Assembly: GCA_965204505.1 (NCBI GenBank)
Contig: CBDBFB010000003.1
Coordinates: 911,705-975,704 of the forward strand
Length of the DNA: 64,000 nt
Reading direction: 5' to 3'
Source of the DNA: an uncultured Candidatus Binatia bacterium
GTDB lineage: Bacteria; Desulfobacterota; Binatia; UBA9968; JAJDTQ01
Part shown: piece after piece, positions 20,594 to 31,016 of the stretch
How the letters are laid out: each line of letters begins with the position of its first letter
How positions within the stretch are numbered: the stretch's first letter is position 1
The notes under the pieces: model-generated
What the model was told of the DNA's origin: nothing
Seen by the model: the letters and a program-made list of their open reading frames with translations, nothing else
Database searches by the model: none
Made by a program: the position numbers and the translations under genes

Positions 20594-21498
20594 ATGCCGT
20601 CAAGCAGTCTCGTCCCCACGGACCACGAGGTTTACCTGGACCACGTGGGGCTGTTCGTCCCCGACTTCGACGCCTCGCCGCGCAGGCTCCAGGAGCTGGG
20701 CTTCTCGCTGACCCCGTTCGTGGCCCACATGGCCAGCACCGAACCGGGCGTCGCCCCCACGCCCAGCGGCACCGGCAACCAGTGCGCGATCTTCGGCCAG
20801 GGCTATCTGGAGATGCTCGGCCCCACGGTGGACACGCCGCTGTCGCGCCAGCTCCGGGCGCAGCTCGACCGCTACCCGGGATGGCACCTGATCGCGTTCG
20901 CGGCCAACCACCCCGAGGAGAACCACGAGCGCATCGGCCGGGACGGCTTCAGGCCGCTGCCGCTGGTGCGCCTGGCGCGGCCGGTGCCCACGGACGCCGG
21001 CGAGGAGACCTGCCGCTTCTCGGTCATCCGGGTGCCGCCGGAGGTCATGCCCGAGGGGCGCATCCAGATCGTCACGCACCACACGCCGGAGCTGGTGTGG
21101 CAGCCCCGCTACCAGCACCAGCCCAACGGCGTCGCCGCCCTCACCGGAGTGCTGGTGTGCGTGGACGACCCGCGGGAGACCGCCGAGCGCTTCTGCCGCT
21201 TCGTCGGAGTGGAGCCGGTGGAGAAGGCCGGCACCTGGGAAATGGGGCTCCATGAAGGGCGGGTGGTCTTCATCGGCGGCCAGCGCTTCGGCGAGCGTTA
21301 CCCGGACCGGGAGCTGCCTTGCACCCCCTACATCGCCGAGGTGTCCATGCGCACCGGCGACCTGGCCGCCACCCGCCGTTACCTTGACGGGGCCGGCATC
21401 CGTTACGAGACCCCGGGCAGCGACGCCGTGCGAGTGCCCGGCGCCGAGGCCCTGGGGGCCGCCTTTCTGTTCCATGAGTCACCGGAAGGAGGCATCCG

Positions 21499-21502
<4 letters not shown>
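20594..21502 (+). CDS. VOC/glyoxalase-like domain protein
   Basis: [32 protein letters not shown]-like QPNGV; AAGGAG RBS. Confidence 0.75.
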
Positions 21503-22866
<1,364 letters not shown>

Positions 22867-22929
22867 CTAGTCCCTGCCAAGGTGGCGACACCCAAATCAT
22901 CACTACCATGAAAACAGGCGCGCTGCCCG

Positions 22930-23036
22930 CACCCGTCATTCCGGCGAAAGCCGGAATCCAGGGGCGGGGTCGTGGCGGCACTCCGGACCGTTGCCCCTCC
23001 CCTCCTGGATTCCGGCTTTCGCCGGAATGACGGGTG
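22930..23036. repeat. CGTC-tagged palindromic repeat dimer
   Basis: CACCCGTCATTCCGGCGAAAGCCGGAATCCAGG (22930-22962) and reverse complement (23004-23036). Confidence 0.92.
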
Positions 23037-23077
23037 TGGTGTCGAATGACGGGTGAGGGCATGGGTGTACGGGTGCA

Positions 23078-23419
23078 ATGACGAAGATGCGCAAACTTGG
23101 ATGGATTCTGGCGGCTTGCCTTGCGCTGCTGTTGAGCGCCTGCGGTGAGAAGGCTGAAGAGGTGACGGGGCCGGACCCGGCCCGAGGGAGACGGCTTTAC
23201 CTCGCGACCTGTATCGTGTGTCACAACACAGATCCGAGCAAGCCGGGCTCCCAGGGTCCGCCCGTCAAGGGATCGTCATTGGAATTGCTGGAGGCCAAGG
23301 TCCTGCACAAGCGTTATCCGCCCGACTACAAGCCCCAGCGGACGACCAAGGCCATGCCCAACTACCCGCAACTGAGGAAAAGAATTCCCGATATCGCTGC
23401 CTATCTGGCGCAGCCGTAG
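23078..23419 (+). CDS. Monoheme cytochrome c, probable lipoprotein
   Basis: Lipobox LLSAC, CIVCH heme motif, distal Met in AMP, DIAAYL. Confidence 0.85.
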   Translation: MTKMRKLGWILAACLALLLSACGEKAEEVTGPDPARGRRLYLATCIVCHNTDPSKPGSQGPPVKGSSLELLEAKVLHKRYPPDYKPQRTTKAMPNYPQLRKRIPDIAAYLAQP

Positions 23420-23423
23420 CCTC

Positions 23424-24113
23424 CTACGCCATCGCCAGAAGAATCCAGAAGATCGCGGTAAGGACCAGGCCGCTCCAGATCACGCCCGGAATGGACGTCA
23501 GGAGCTTCTTGGTGCCTCCCCCGGCATTGCCCACCAACGCGTTCAACTCGACGACCGCGATGATCACGAGAGTGACGATCCAGTAAACCGCCACGCCGCC
23601 GCCGTACTCGCCGTGCGGATAGTGGCTCGCCGCCCCCATGAGGAACAGCATGGGGATGGAGAACAGGGTGTTGGTACGGGAGGCGAAACCGGCCCACTGG
23701 CCCTTGCTCGCCGCGTCCGGAAGCGCCTCTCCCCCTTCCGCCACCTTGTTGGCGGAGGCGATGACCACCTGCTGATTGGGCCAGATGACCAGCCACACGT
23801 TGAGGAACATGATCGTGCCCATGGTGCCGCCGATGGTGATGGCCATGCCGTAGCCGATCACGAAGAAGTCGGCGCCGAACTGCCCCAGCTTGATGAGCCA
23901 CATGAGAATGCCCGCCAGGAAGGTGAACATGGCACCCCAACGGAACCACCAGAGGGCGCGCGGCACGAGCTTCTGGATCGCTCCGCTGCGGGTCGAGGCC
24001 TCGGTCTCGGCGAAGAAGGGCGTCTGCACGAAGTTGAAATAGTAGAGCAAGCCGATCCAGGTGACACCGGCCAACAAATGTACCCAACGCAGTAAAAATT
24101 CAACGAGCTCCAT
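23424..24113 (-). CDS. Urate hydroxylase PuuD-like membrane domain protein, no fused cytochrome c
   Basis: LLRWVHLLAGVTWIGLLYYFNFVQ, ALWWFRWGA, GTIMFLNVWLVIWPNQ, ASRTNTLFSIPMLFLM; AGGAGG RBS. Confidence 0.8.
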   Translation of the reverse strand: MELVEFLLRWVHLLAGVTWIGLLYYFNFVQTPFFAETEASTRSGAIQKLVPRALWWFRWGAMFTFLAGILMWLIKLGQFGADFFVIGYGMAITIGGTMGTIMFLNVWLVIWPNQQVVIASANKVAEGGEALPDAASKGQWAGFASRTNTLFSIPMLFLMGAASHYPHGEYGGGVAVYWIVTLVIIAVVELNALVGNAGGGTKKLLTSIPGVIWSGLVLTAIFWILLAMA

Positions 24114-24169
24114 CAAGCACCTCCTGTAAGCTGTTTCCCGTAGTGTTTCCCGCAGAGTGGAATTTTCGC

Positions 24170-24199
24170 ATTATAGGCCGTAACGGGCCGCGCGGTCAA
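24170..24199 (-). promoter_or_regulatory. sigma70-type promoter of the PuuD-like gene
   Basis: Minus strand TTGACC-N18-TATAAT. Confidence 0.7.
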
Positions 24200-24223
24200 T
24201 GAAAACTCCCGTGACCGTGCCGT

Positions 24224-26446
24224 TCACTCCTCCGCGATGCACACCTCCGCGATGAGCGCGCTGAACTTCTCGTACAGCTCCCGGAGCCTGGCCTTGTAGT
24301 AATCCGCGTTCTCGTCGGGGCGGGCCGGGTCCCATTCCGAGACGTGCCGGCAGTTCTCGTTCACCATCACGTTGGCTCCGTCGCCCCCGACGTAGTAGGA
24401 GATCTGGTCTCCGGACAGATGGCGCCGCTCCGACCGCAGGGCCACCTCGTAGGCGCCGCGGGGATGCTGCTTCCCGCCCTTCACCCGCATCTGGTAGTCC
24501 TCCAGCGACTCCCGCAGGGTCTCGGTCCGCTTCAGCCGGGACAGTTCCAGGCGATGGCCGGCGATGTCCTCGCGATAGCGCTCGTAGAGCGCCGGGATCT
24601 CGTCCTTGCGGCCGTCGAACAGGAGACCGAGCGCCTCCTGAAGCCACTCGCGCCGATAGCGCTCGAGTCCGCGCGAACTCAGGTCGGCGCCGGCCACGGT
24701 GATGTCGCCCTGCTCATCCAGCAGCGCGTAATCGTCGGGCCCGTGGCAATACACCGCCCGGTACCGCGCCAGCGGCAGCTCGACCTTCCAGGGCAGCGAC
24801 AACGACGCCTCGGCCAAAGCCTCCTCCGCGCCGGGCTGGGCGTCCCGGGGAACGAAGTAGACGCCGCCGGCATCCACCGCGACGACCCGATGGCCCAGCT
24901 CGTCGAGCCGCGCCGCCAGCCGGCGGACAAGCTCTCCGACGGCTTCCGTCACCTGGTCGGCTACACGGGCATCGTTGAAGTGGCCTCCGGCGAAGGCCAG
25001 GTAGTCCTGGAACCCCTCCAGCAGCACCTTGCAGCCCGACCGGACCGTGGCGACGAAACGTCCGTCGTCCCCCGCGGGAGCCGCGTCATGAGTCTGCCCG
25101 TCAGGGTCGCACAGGTTCCGGAACCCGCGCAGCAGTTCCGGGAAGAGTCCCAGCTCGTCGGCGCCCGGGCGGCCGGCACCCGTCAGCATGACGGCCGGGT
25201 AAAGCGCCGTGACATCGCAGCGCACCACCGGCCGCGACACGCCCCGGACCTTGACCTCCGCGTATTTCCGCGCCGCCGGCTCCGCCGGTGCGGGCTCGGG
25301 AATGGAATGGCCCCGCGCAAGGTACTCCCGGAGCATGAGGCCGTCGATCTTCGCCGGGTCGTCGACCAGGGCGGTGTCCTGGTAACGGCACGGAAAGATC
25401 CGTGCCTGGACGTAGTGGGCCGGCGAGAGCGCCTCGGATATGGCACGGGTCTCGCGCACGTCGTCGAGGGCGTAGCGGAAAAGGGTGTCCGGGTCGTTGT
25501 CGAAGTACCAGCTCGCCTCGGCGCCCGGGATGTAGGTCCTTTGCGGGGCGGCCACGCCGAAGTGGCGCGCCACGTCCTTGAGGCCGTTGCGCTTGAGCTC
25601 CGGGTTGGCGCGGCTATAGCGCTGCGCGAGGAACCACGTGTCGATGACGTGGCGCCCGTGGATCTCGTAGTTCCGATAGGGGATGACACGCTCTCCGATG
25701 TGAAACCGCGCCTGGCGGTGCCGGATCGCGCTGCCGTCCCTGCCCATGGCCAGCTCGACCCGATGCCGCCGGGCGCGCGCGTCAAGATACGGAAGATCGA
25801 AGCGAAAGATGTTGTGACCCTCGATCACGTCCGGATCGCGGGAACGGATCTCCCGAACCATCTCCGCCAGCATCTCCGCCTCTGAGTATTCCCTGCCGGA
25901 TATGAGCCGCTCCCAGCCGCTGCTGTCCGACATGGCGATGGCGGTGATGCGGTCGCCCTCGCGGAGCGGATTGGGAAACTCGAACCCGGACGTGCGGTAG
26001 ACCTCCAGGTCGATCTGCATGCGCAGAAGGCGCTGGAAGCCCATGCCGAGGAAATGCGTCGTCCCCGACCACAGGAAGTACTGCTGCACGACGTCGCGCA
26101 CGTACAGGTATGGAACACCCGGAGCGCCCAGGCTCCTGCCGCTCCGGCGCTGGAGCCAGGAGGCCGCCGACTCGAGGCTCCGAACGTCGGAGAAGCGGGC
26201 CAACCGGCGGAACCGACCGGTTCCGGAGAGCGGCTCCATCCGGCACTGGCCCCGCCATCCCGCGAGCCTGTCCTCGGAGGTCAGCCACAGAAACGGCTCG
26301 AACGGCACGGTCTTGGAGGTCAACGACGACGGCGTCCTGGAGAAGAGCCGGACATGGTGAGCCCCTTCCAGCTCCACGCCCACCACCTCCGCCGTCGTGT
26401 CGCGGCCGTACAGCACCGGTTCGTATTGGCGGGTGGAGTCGCCCAT
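24224..26446 (-). CDS. Family-B DNA polymerase homologue with intact 3'-5' exonuclease motifs and degenerate polymerase motifs
   Basis: ExoI IDLEVY, ExoII GHNIFRFDLPYL, ExoIII YALDDVRET; motif A CDVTALYPAV, motif B KVLLEGFQDY, motif C VDAGG; start ATG 26446 (the ORF-track extension is the antisense of the PAC2 gene). Confidence 0.85.
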   Translation of the reverse strand: MGDSTRQYEPVLYGRDTTAEVVGVELEGAHHVRLFSRTPSSLTSKTVPFEPFLWLTSEDRLAGWRGQCRMEPLSGTGRFRRLARFSDVRSLESAASWLQRRSGRSLGAPGVPYLYVRDVVQQYFLWSGTTHFLGMGFQRLLRMQIDLEVYRTSGFEFPNPLREGDRITAIAMSDSSGWERLISGREYSEAEMLAEMVREIRSRDPDVIEGHNIFRFDLPYLDARARRHRVELAMGRDGSAIRHRQARFHIGERVIPYRNYEIHGRHVIDTWFLAQRYSRANPELKRNGLKDVARHFGVAAPQRTYIPGAEASWYFDNDPDTLFRYALDDVRETRAISEALSPAHYVQARIFPCRYQDTALVDDPAKIDGLMLREYLARGHSIPEPAPAEPAARKYAEVKVRGVSRPVVRCDVTALYPAVMLTGAGRPGADELGLFPELLRGFRNLCDPDGQTHDAAPAGDDGRFVATVRSGCKVLLEGFQDYLAFAGGHFNDARVADQVTEAVGELVRRLAARLDELGHRVVAVDAGGVYFVPRDAQPGAEEALAEASLSLPWKVELPLARYRAVYCHGPDDYALLDEQGDITVAGADLSSRGLERYRREWLQEALGLLFDGRKDEIPALYERYREDIAGHRLELSRLKRTETLRESLEDYQMRVKGGKQHPRGAYEVALRSERRHLSGDQISYYVGGDGANVMVNENCRHVSEWDPARPDENADYYKARLRELYEKFSALIAEVCIAEE

Positions 26447-26590
26447 GATGGATCGGGTCGTGGCGCCCCGTGCCCGTGAGGGGGCAAGATGACGAAGGGT
26501 GGACCCAACGGACTTTCTAACAGATCCCGTCCGCGACGGTAACGCGGAGGGGCTGCTTGCACCCACCGCGCACATCCCCTGTGCCCGGAC

Positions 26591-26617
26591 ACGGGCGGGT
26601 TTCGAACCCGGCCCTGC
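26591..26617. repeat. Second-family REP-like palindrome
   Basis: ACGGGCGGGTTTCGAACCCGGCCCTGC. Confidence 0.6.
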
Positions 26618-26653
26618 TGGTGCTGTCATCGACAGATGTGCTAGAGAAGAATC

Positions 26654-27439
26654 ATGGTCACTGACGCCGTCTCCCATATCCGCCGTCCCCGTCTGCGGCA
26701 ACCCTTCCTGATCCTGTCCTTCTCGGGTTGGAGCGACGCGGGGTCTTCGGCCACCTCGGCGGTCCGCTACCTGATCGAGCAGCTCCTGGCCTCGGAGCTG
26801 GCCAAGATCGACCCGGAAGAGTACTACGACTTCTCGGTACAGCGGCCTCACGTGCGGCTGGCGGACGGACGGCGGGAGATCGAGTGGCCCTCCTACGACT
26901 TCCATTACTACAAGACCGGAAGCGATCTGGAACAGGATTTCATTTTCGCCTCCGGGGCCGAGCCGCACCTCCACTGGAAATCTTTCGCCAGCACGGTTCT
27001 GGATCTGGCACGCCAGTGGAAGGTCGCCCGCATCATCACCCTGGGAGCCCTTCTCGACGAGGTGCTCTACACCAAGCCGGTGCCGTTGAACGGATTCTCG
27101 TCGGACCCGGAGTTGATGAAGCAGTTGGACTTCACCCCGTCGCGGTACCAGGGACCCACCGGCATCGTCGGGATCCTGAGCGATACCTTCCGCAAGGAGG
27201 GCGTGCCGCACGTGAGCCTGTGGGCGGCGCTGCCGCACTACCTGGCGCCTTCCCCGAACCCGCGCGGGACCCTGGCGCTGGTCTTGCGCCTGACCCAGTG
27301 GCTCGGGATCCGTATCGACACGAGCCCGCTGGAACGCGCCGCGGGCGAGTTCCAGAACAAGGTGAACGACGTCGTCAACAGCGACCCGAACCTGACGGCT
27401 CTTGTCCGGGAGCTGCAGAAGCACGAGTTCGAGCAATAG
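26654..27439 (+). CDS. PAC2 (proteasome assembly chaperone-like) family protein
   Basis: FSGWSDAGSSAT, IDPEEYYDFSVQRP, GAEPHLHW, YQGPTGIVG, LWAALPHY. Confidence 0.85.
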   Translation: MVTDAVSHIRRPRLRQPFLILSFSGWSDAGSSATSAVRYLIEQLLASELAKIDPEEYYDFSVQRPHVRLADGRREIEWPSYDFHYYKTGSDLEQDFIFASGAEPHLHWKSFASTVLDLARQWKVARIITLGALLDEVLYTKPVPLNGFSSDPELMKQLDFTPSRYQGPTGIVGILSDTFRKEGVPHVSLWAALPHYLAPSPNPRGTLALVLRLTQWLGIRIDTSPLERAAGEFQNKVNDVVNSDPNLTALVRELQKHEFEQ

Positions 27440-27453
27440 CGGAGGGAAGATCC

Positions 27454-27897
27454 ATGCGGAAATCACCTTGGTTGTTTGTCCTTTTGGCGGGAACATTCCT
27501 TATCGCGGGAATAAGTGTCGTCGCGGCCGCGCAGTTCGACAAGGTCATCGAGGAACGCCAGAAGCTGATGAAGAGCATCAGCGCTGCTGGCAAGGCCATG
27601 CGGTCGGCCACGGACGCGGCGGGGGTGGCCGCCGGCGCCGACGAACTGGCCGGATTGCTGGCCAAGATCAACGCCGACGCCTTCCCCAAGGGAAGCTCGG
27701 ACGGCTCGCGCGCCAAGCCGGAGATCTGGGAGCAGTGGGACAAGTTCGCGGCAGCGGCCAAGGACGCCGCGACCCTGGCGCAGTCCATCGCGGCCAAGGC
27801 ACGGGCGGGCGAGAACACCGCCGAGCTCGTCAAGGGCTTCGGCAGGAGCGCCTGCGGAAGCTGTCACCGGCCGTTCCGGAAGCCTAAAGAGAGATAG
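27454..27897 (+). CDS. Cytochrome c'/c556 (class II)
   Basis: Signal peptide, RQKLMK, SRAKPEIW, C-terminal CGSCH; GGAGGG RBS. Confidence 0.9.
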   Translation: MRKSPWLFVLLAGTFLIAGISVVAAAQFDKVIEERQKLMKSISAAGKAMRSATDAAGVAAGADELAGLLAKINADAFPKGSSDGSRAKPEIWEQWDKFAAAAKDAATLAQSIAAKARAGENTAELVKGFGRSACGSCHRPFRKPKER

Positions 27898-27913
27898 CCA
27901 ACCCCGCGTCCGC

Positions 27914-28189
27914 ATGATCACGCAGCACGTCGGGGAAGCGGCCCTCCCGGACCTCGAGGCGTGGGCCAACGCCATCATCCGCTCCGAGGACGACACCGTG
28001 AAGGCGGTGGAGTCCTATCATGACGCGGACTCCAACACCTACGTCATCCGCCTCACCCGGGGCGCCCGGGTGCTGCTCTTCCGGCTTTCCGAAGCGCAGG
28101 TGCACACCCCCGAACGCGAGCCCGAGTGCGAGAAGACCCTCCGCAACCGGGTGAAGGAGGTGCGCCGCCTGCTGGGACGGGCCGGATGA
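27914..28189 (+). CDS. Hypothetical protein (91 aa)
   Basis: Fills the gap between cytochrome c' and convergent hemB; host-like GC-rich third codon positions; no recognised motif. Confidence 0.6.
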   Translation: MITQHVGEAALPDLEAWANAIIRSEDDTVKAVESYHDADSNTYVIRLTRGARVLLFRLSEAQVHTPEREPECEKTLRNRVKEVRRLLGRAG

Positions 28190-28210
28190 ACCGGCCCGGT
28201 TGCGCGTCCT

Positions 28211-29179
28211 CTACAGCCCCGCCGCCATCTCTTTCGCGAAGTAGGTGAGGATCAGGTCGGCGCCGGCCCGCTTGATGGACAGCAGGACCTCCGGCACCAC
28301 CGTGCTCTCGTCGATCCAGCCGTTCTGGGCGGCGGCCTTGATCATGGCGTACTCGCCGCTCACGTTGTACGCGGCGGTGGGATGACGGAAGCGCCGCTTG
28401 ACGCGGGAGATGACGTCCAGGTACGAGAGCGCCGGCTTCACCATGACGATGTCGGCGCCTTCCGCGATGTCCGCCTCCACCTCCCGCAGCGCCTCGTCGC
28501 TGTTTCCCGGGTCCATCTGATACGAGCGCCGGTCGCCGAACTGCGGAGTGGATTCCGCGGCCTCGCGGAAAGGACCGTAGAAGCCCGACGCGTACTTGGC
28601 CGCATAGGCCATGATGACCACGTTCTCGAAGCCCTCTGCGTCGAGCGCCGCGCGGATGGCTCCGACCCGGCCGTCCATCATGTCGGACGGGGCCACCACG
28701 TCGGCCCCGGCCTCGGCGTGGGAAAGAGCCTCCTTGGCGAGCAGATCGAGGGATGCGTCGTTGTCCACCTCGCCGTCCTCGACGACGCCGCAGTGGCCGT
28801 GGTCGGTGTACTCGCACAGGCAGACATCGGTGATCACCAACAGGTCCGGTGTCTTGTCCTTGATGGCCCGTATCGCTTCCTGCACCACGCCGTGCTCGTG
28901 GTAGGCCTCGGAGCCCATGGCGTCCTTGGTCTCCGGGATGCCGAAAAGGATCACGCCCGGGATGCCGAGATGCCAGACGTTCTCGGCCTCCCGGGCCGCG
29001 CGGTCCGCCGAGAGCTGCGATACGCCCGGCATGGAGGTGACCGGCTGCTCCCGGTCACGCCCCGGACAGACGAACAACGGGTAGATGAAGTCCCGCGGAC
29101 TCAGCGCGGTCTCGCGCACGAGATCGCGCAACAGTCCGGTTCGTCGAAGCCGCCGCGGCCGGGTAACGGGAAATGCCAT
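28211..29179 (-). CDS. hemB: Porphobilinogen synthase (Zn-type)
   Basis: [43 protein letters not shown]. Confidence 0.97.
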   Translation of the reverse strand: MAFPVTRPRRLRRTGLLRDLVRETALSPRDFIYPLFVCPGRDREQPVTSMPGVSQLSADRAAREAENVWHLGIPGVILFGIPETKDAMGSEAYHEHGVVQEAIRAIKDKTPDLLVITDVCLCEYTDHGHCGVVEDGEVDNDASLDLLAKEALSHAEAGADVVAPSDMMDGRVGAIRAALDAEGFENVVIMAYAAKYASGFYGPFREAAESTPQFGDRRSYQMDPGNSDEALREVEADIAEGADIVMVKPALSYLDVISRVKRRFRHPTAAYNVSGEYAMIKAAAQNGWIDESTVVPEVLLSIKRAGADLILTYFAKEMAAGL

Positions 29180-29216
29180 GCTTGCCTCCTGGGAGCCGAC
29201 GCCCCGGTGGATTCCC

Positions 29217-29244
29217 GTAGGGACGACCGGCCGGTCGCCCCTAC
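29217..29244. repeat. GTAG-type REP palindrome
   Basis: GTAGGGACGACCGGCCGGTCGCCCCTAC, one mismatch from the 15506 copy. Confidence 0.88.
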
Positions 29245-29260
29245 CCTCACTGCGATTCGA

Positions 29261-30085
29261 TCAGCCGGCCGAACCGGGGTCCGTCGCCGAGCAGTCTACC
29301 AGAGCCTCTATCAAGCCCGCCACGGTGTATTCGCTGGCCGTGACGTCCACTTCCAAGCCACGTTCACGAGCGGCGTCGCTGGTGACGGGGCCGATGCATG
29401 CCACCCGGACCCCCTCTCCCAGGGGCCGGGCGGCGACTGTATCGAGCAGATCCACGAAGGCGTTTACCGTGCTGGGACTCGTGAACGTGACCCAGTCCAC
29501 CTGCCGCAGGATCTCCGCCAGCCGCCGGGCGCCGTGCCGCACGGGCTCGTTGCGGTAGGCCTCCACCACGGTCACCAAGGCGCCCCACCGCCGCAGGGTC
29601 TCCGGGAGCACGTCCCGGGCTCCGGCGACCCGCGCGAGGAGGAAGCGCTTTCCCCTCACCCGGTCCGGCTCCAGCGCCGCCAGGATGCCTTCCGCGCGAT
29701 ACTCCTCGGGAACCAGGCTGACGGCGAGGCCGCGGTCTTCGAGCAGTCGAGCAGTCCGCGGTCCGATGGCGGCGATATCGAGCCGTCCAAGGTCTTCTAG
29801 GCGCCCCAGGGCCGCGCAACGCGACAGGAAGTGCCCGACGCCGTTGACGCTGGTGAACACCAGCCAATCCTGCTCCGCCAGGCCGCGGATGGCCTCGTCC
29901 AGCGTCTCGTTGTTGTCCAACGGCAGGATCTCCACCGTCGGAAACACCACCGGCCGCGCGCCGAGAGCTTCCAGGCTGCGCACGAAGGCGGCGGCCTGCT
30001 CGCGCGGCCGGGTGATCAGGATCCGCTGTCCCGCCAGCGGCGCGCCGACGGATTTCACCGGCGCCGGCATCGGCGAGTCACTCAC
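29261..30085 (-). CDS. hemD: Uroporphyrinogen-III synthase (stand-alone)
   Basis: ILITRPREQA, LVFTSVNGV, AAIGPRT, FTSPSTV, CIGPVT; GTGA overlap with hemC stop. Confidence 0.9.
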   Translation of the reverse strand: MSDSPMPAPVKSVGAPLAGQRILITRPREQAAAFVRSLEALGARPVVFPTVEILPLDNNETLDEAIRGLAEQDWLVFTSVNGVGHFLSRCAALGRLEDLGRLDIAAIGPRTARLLEDRGLAVSLVPEEYRAEGILAALEPDRVRGKRFLLARVAGARDVLPETLRRWGALVTVVEAYRNEPVRHGARRLAEILRQVDWVTFTSPSTVNAFVDLLDTVAARPLGEGVRVACIGPVTSDAARERGLEVDVTASEYTVAGLIEALVDCSATDPGSAG

Positions 30086-30993
30086 GACCGGACCTCCCCC
30101 AGCACCGCGCCGGCCCCCTCGTCCAGCAGCCTTTCGGCAAGCTCGACCCCGAGGGAGGCAGCAGCCGCGCACGCCCCCGAGATCTCGCCCCTGAAGAGCC
30201 TCTCGCCGGTGGCCTCCGCTACCATCCCCGCCAGCGTGACACCGGCCGGTCCCGCCACCGCCCGCGCTCCTACCGGCACCTGGCAACCCCCTTCAAGGCG
30301 CCGCAGAAACGCCCGCTCGGCCTCCACCTCCAGCGCCGACGGCTCATGGTTGAGAAACCGCAGCCGCTCCACCTCGTGGCGCCGGGTCTCGAGCCCCAGC
30401 GCCCCTTGCGCAACGGCGCTCAACCATGTCTCCGGGGGCAGTGCCTGCGTGGCCTCCCGCTCCCGGCCCAGCCGCTTCATCCCCGCCAGGGCCAGCAGCA
30501 ACGCGTCCACCTCGCCGCGCTCGAGCTTGGCGAGCCGCGTATCCACGTTGCCCCGTATGGGCACCACCGCCAGGTCCGGGCGCTGGTTCAGCACCTGCGC
30601 GCGCCGGCGGATGCTCCCGGTGCCCACCCTGGCGCCGGCCGGCAACGCGGCGAGGCTGTCGGCGACGTGGCTCACCATGACGTCCCTGGGATCTTCGCGT
30701 TGCGGCACCGCGGCGATGGCCAGTCCCTCGGGCAACTCCGTCGGCAGGTCTTTCATGGAATGAACGGCCACGTCGATCGCCCCCTCCAGCAGCGCCTCCT
30801 CGATCTCCTTGATGAACACTCCCTTGGCGCCGATCTGCTCGATGGGAAGGTGCCGGAAGCGGTCGCCGCTGGTGCGGATGGTCACGATCTCCACCGTGGC
30901 CCGCGGGTCATGCTCACGGATGACACCCCGCACCCATTCCGCCTGGGCCAGCGCCAGCGGACTGCGCCTGGTGCCGATGCGGAGCTTGTTCAT
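30082..30993 (-). CDS. hemC: Hydroxymethylbilane synthase
   Basis: IGTRRSPLALAQ, KGVFIKEIE, VHSMKDLP, RGNVDTRL, LEGGCQVP. Confidence 0.96.
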   Translation of the reverse strand: MNKLRIGTRRSPLALAQAEWVRGVIREHDPRATVEIVTIRTSGDRFRHLPIEQIGAKGVFIKEIEEALLEGAIDVAVHSMKDLPTELPEGLAIAAVPQREDPRDVMVSHVADSLAALPAGARVGTGSIRRRAQVLNQRPDLAVVPIRGNVDTRLAKLERGEVDALLLALAGMKRLGREREATQALPPETWLSAVAQGALGLETRRHEVERLRFLNHEPSALEVEAERAFLRRLEGGCQVPVGARAVAGPAGVTLAGMVAEATGERLFRGEISGACAAAASLGVELAERLLDEGAGAVLGEVRS

Positions 30994-31016
30994 GTCACCA
31001 CCGTCAGTGTCCTGTC

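Noticed and set aside
26508-26533. CGGAC...GTCCG dyad upstream of the PolB-like gene as a second LexA box
   Set aside because: Arm sequence and 15-nt spacing differ from the lexA palindrome; a 5-bp dyad is expected by chance in GC-rich DNA
26447-27496. Apparent 350-aa N-terminal extension making a 1090-aa PolB fusion
   Set aside because: The extension is the antisense of the PAC2 gene plus intergenic DNA; PolB similarity starts near Met 26446
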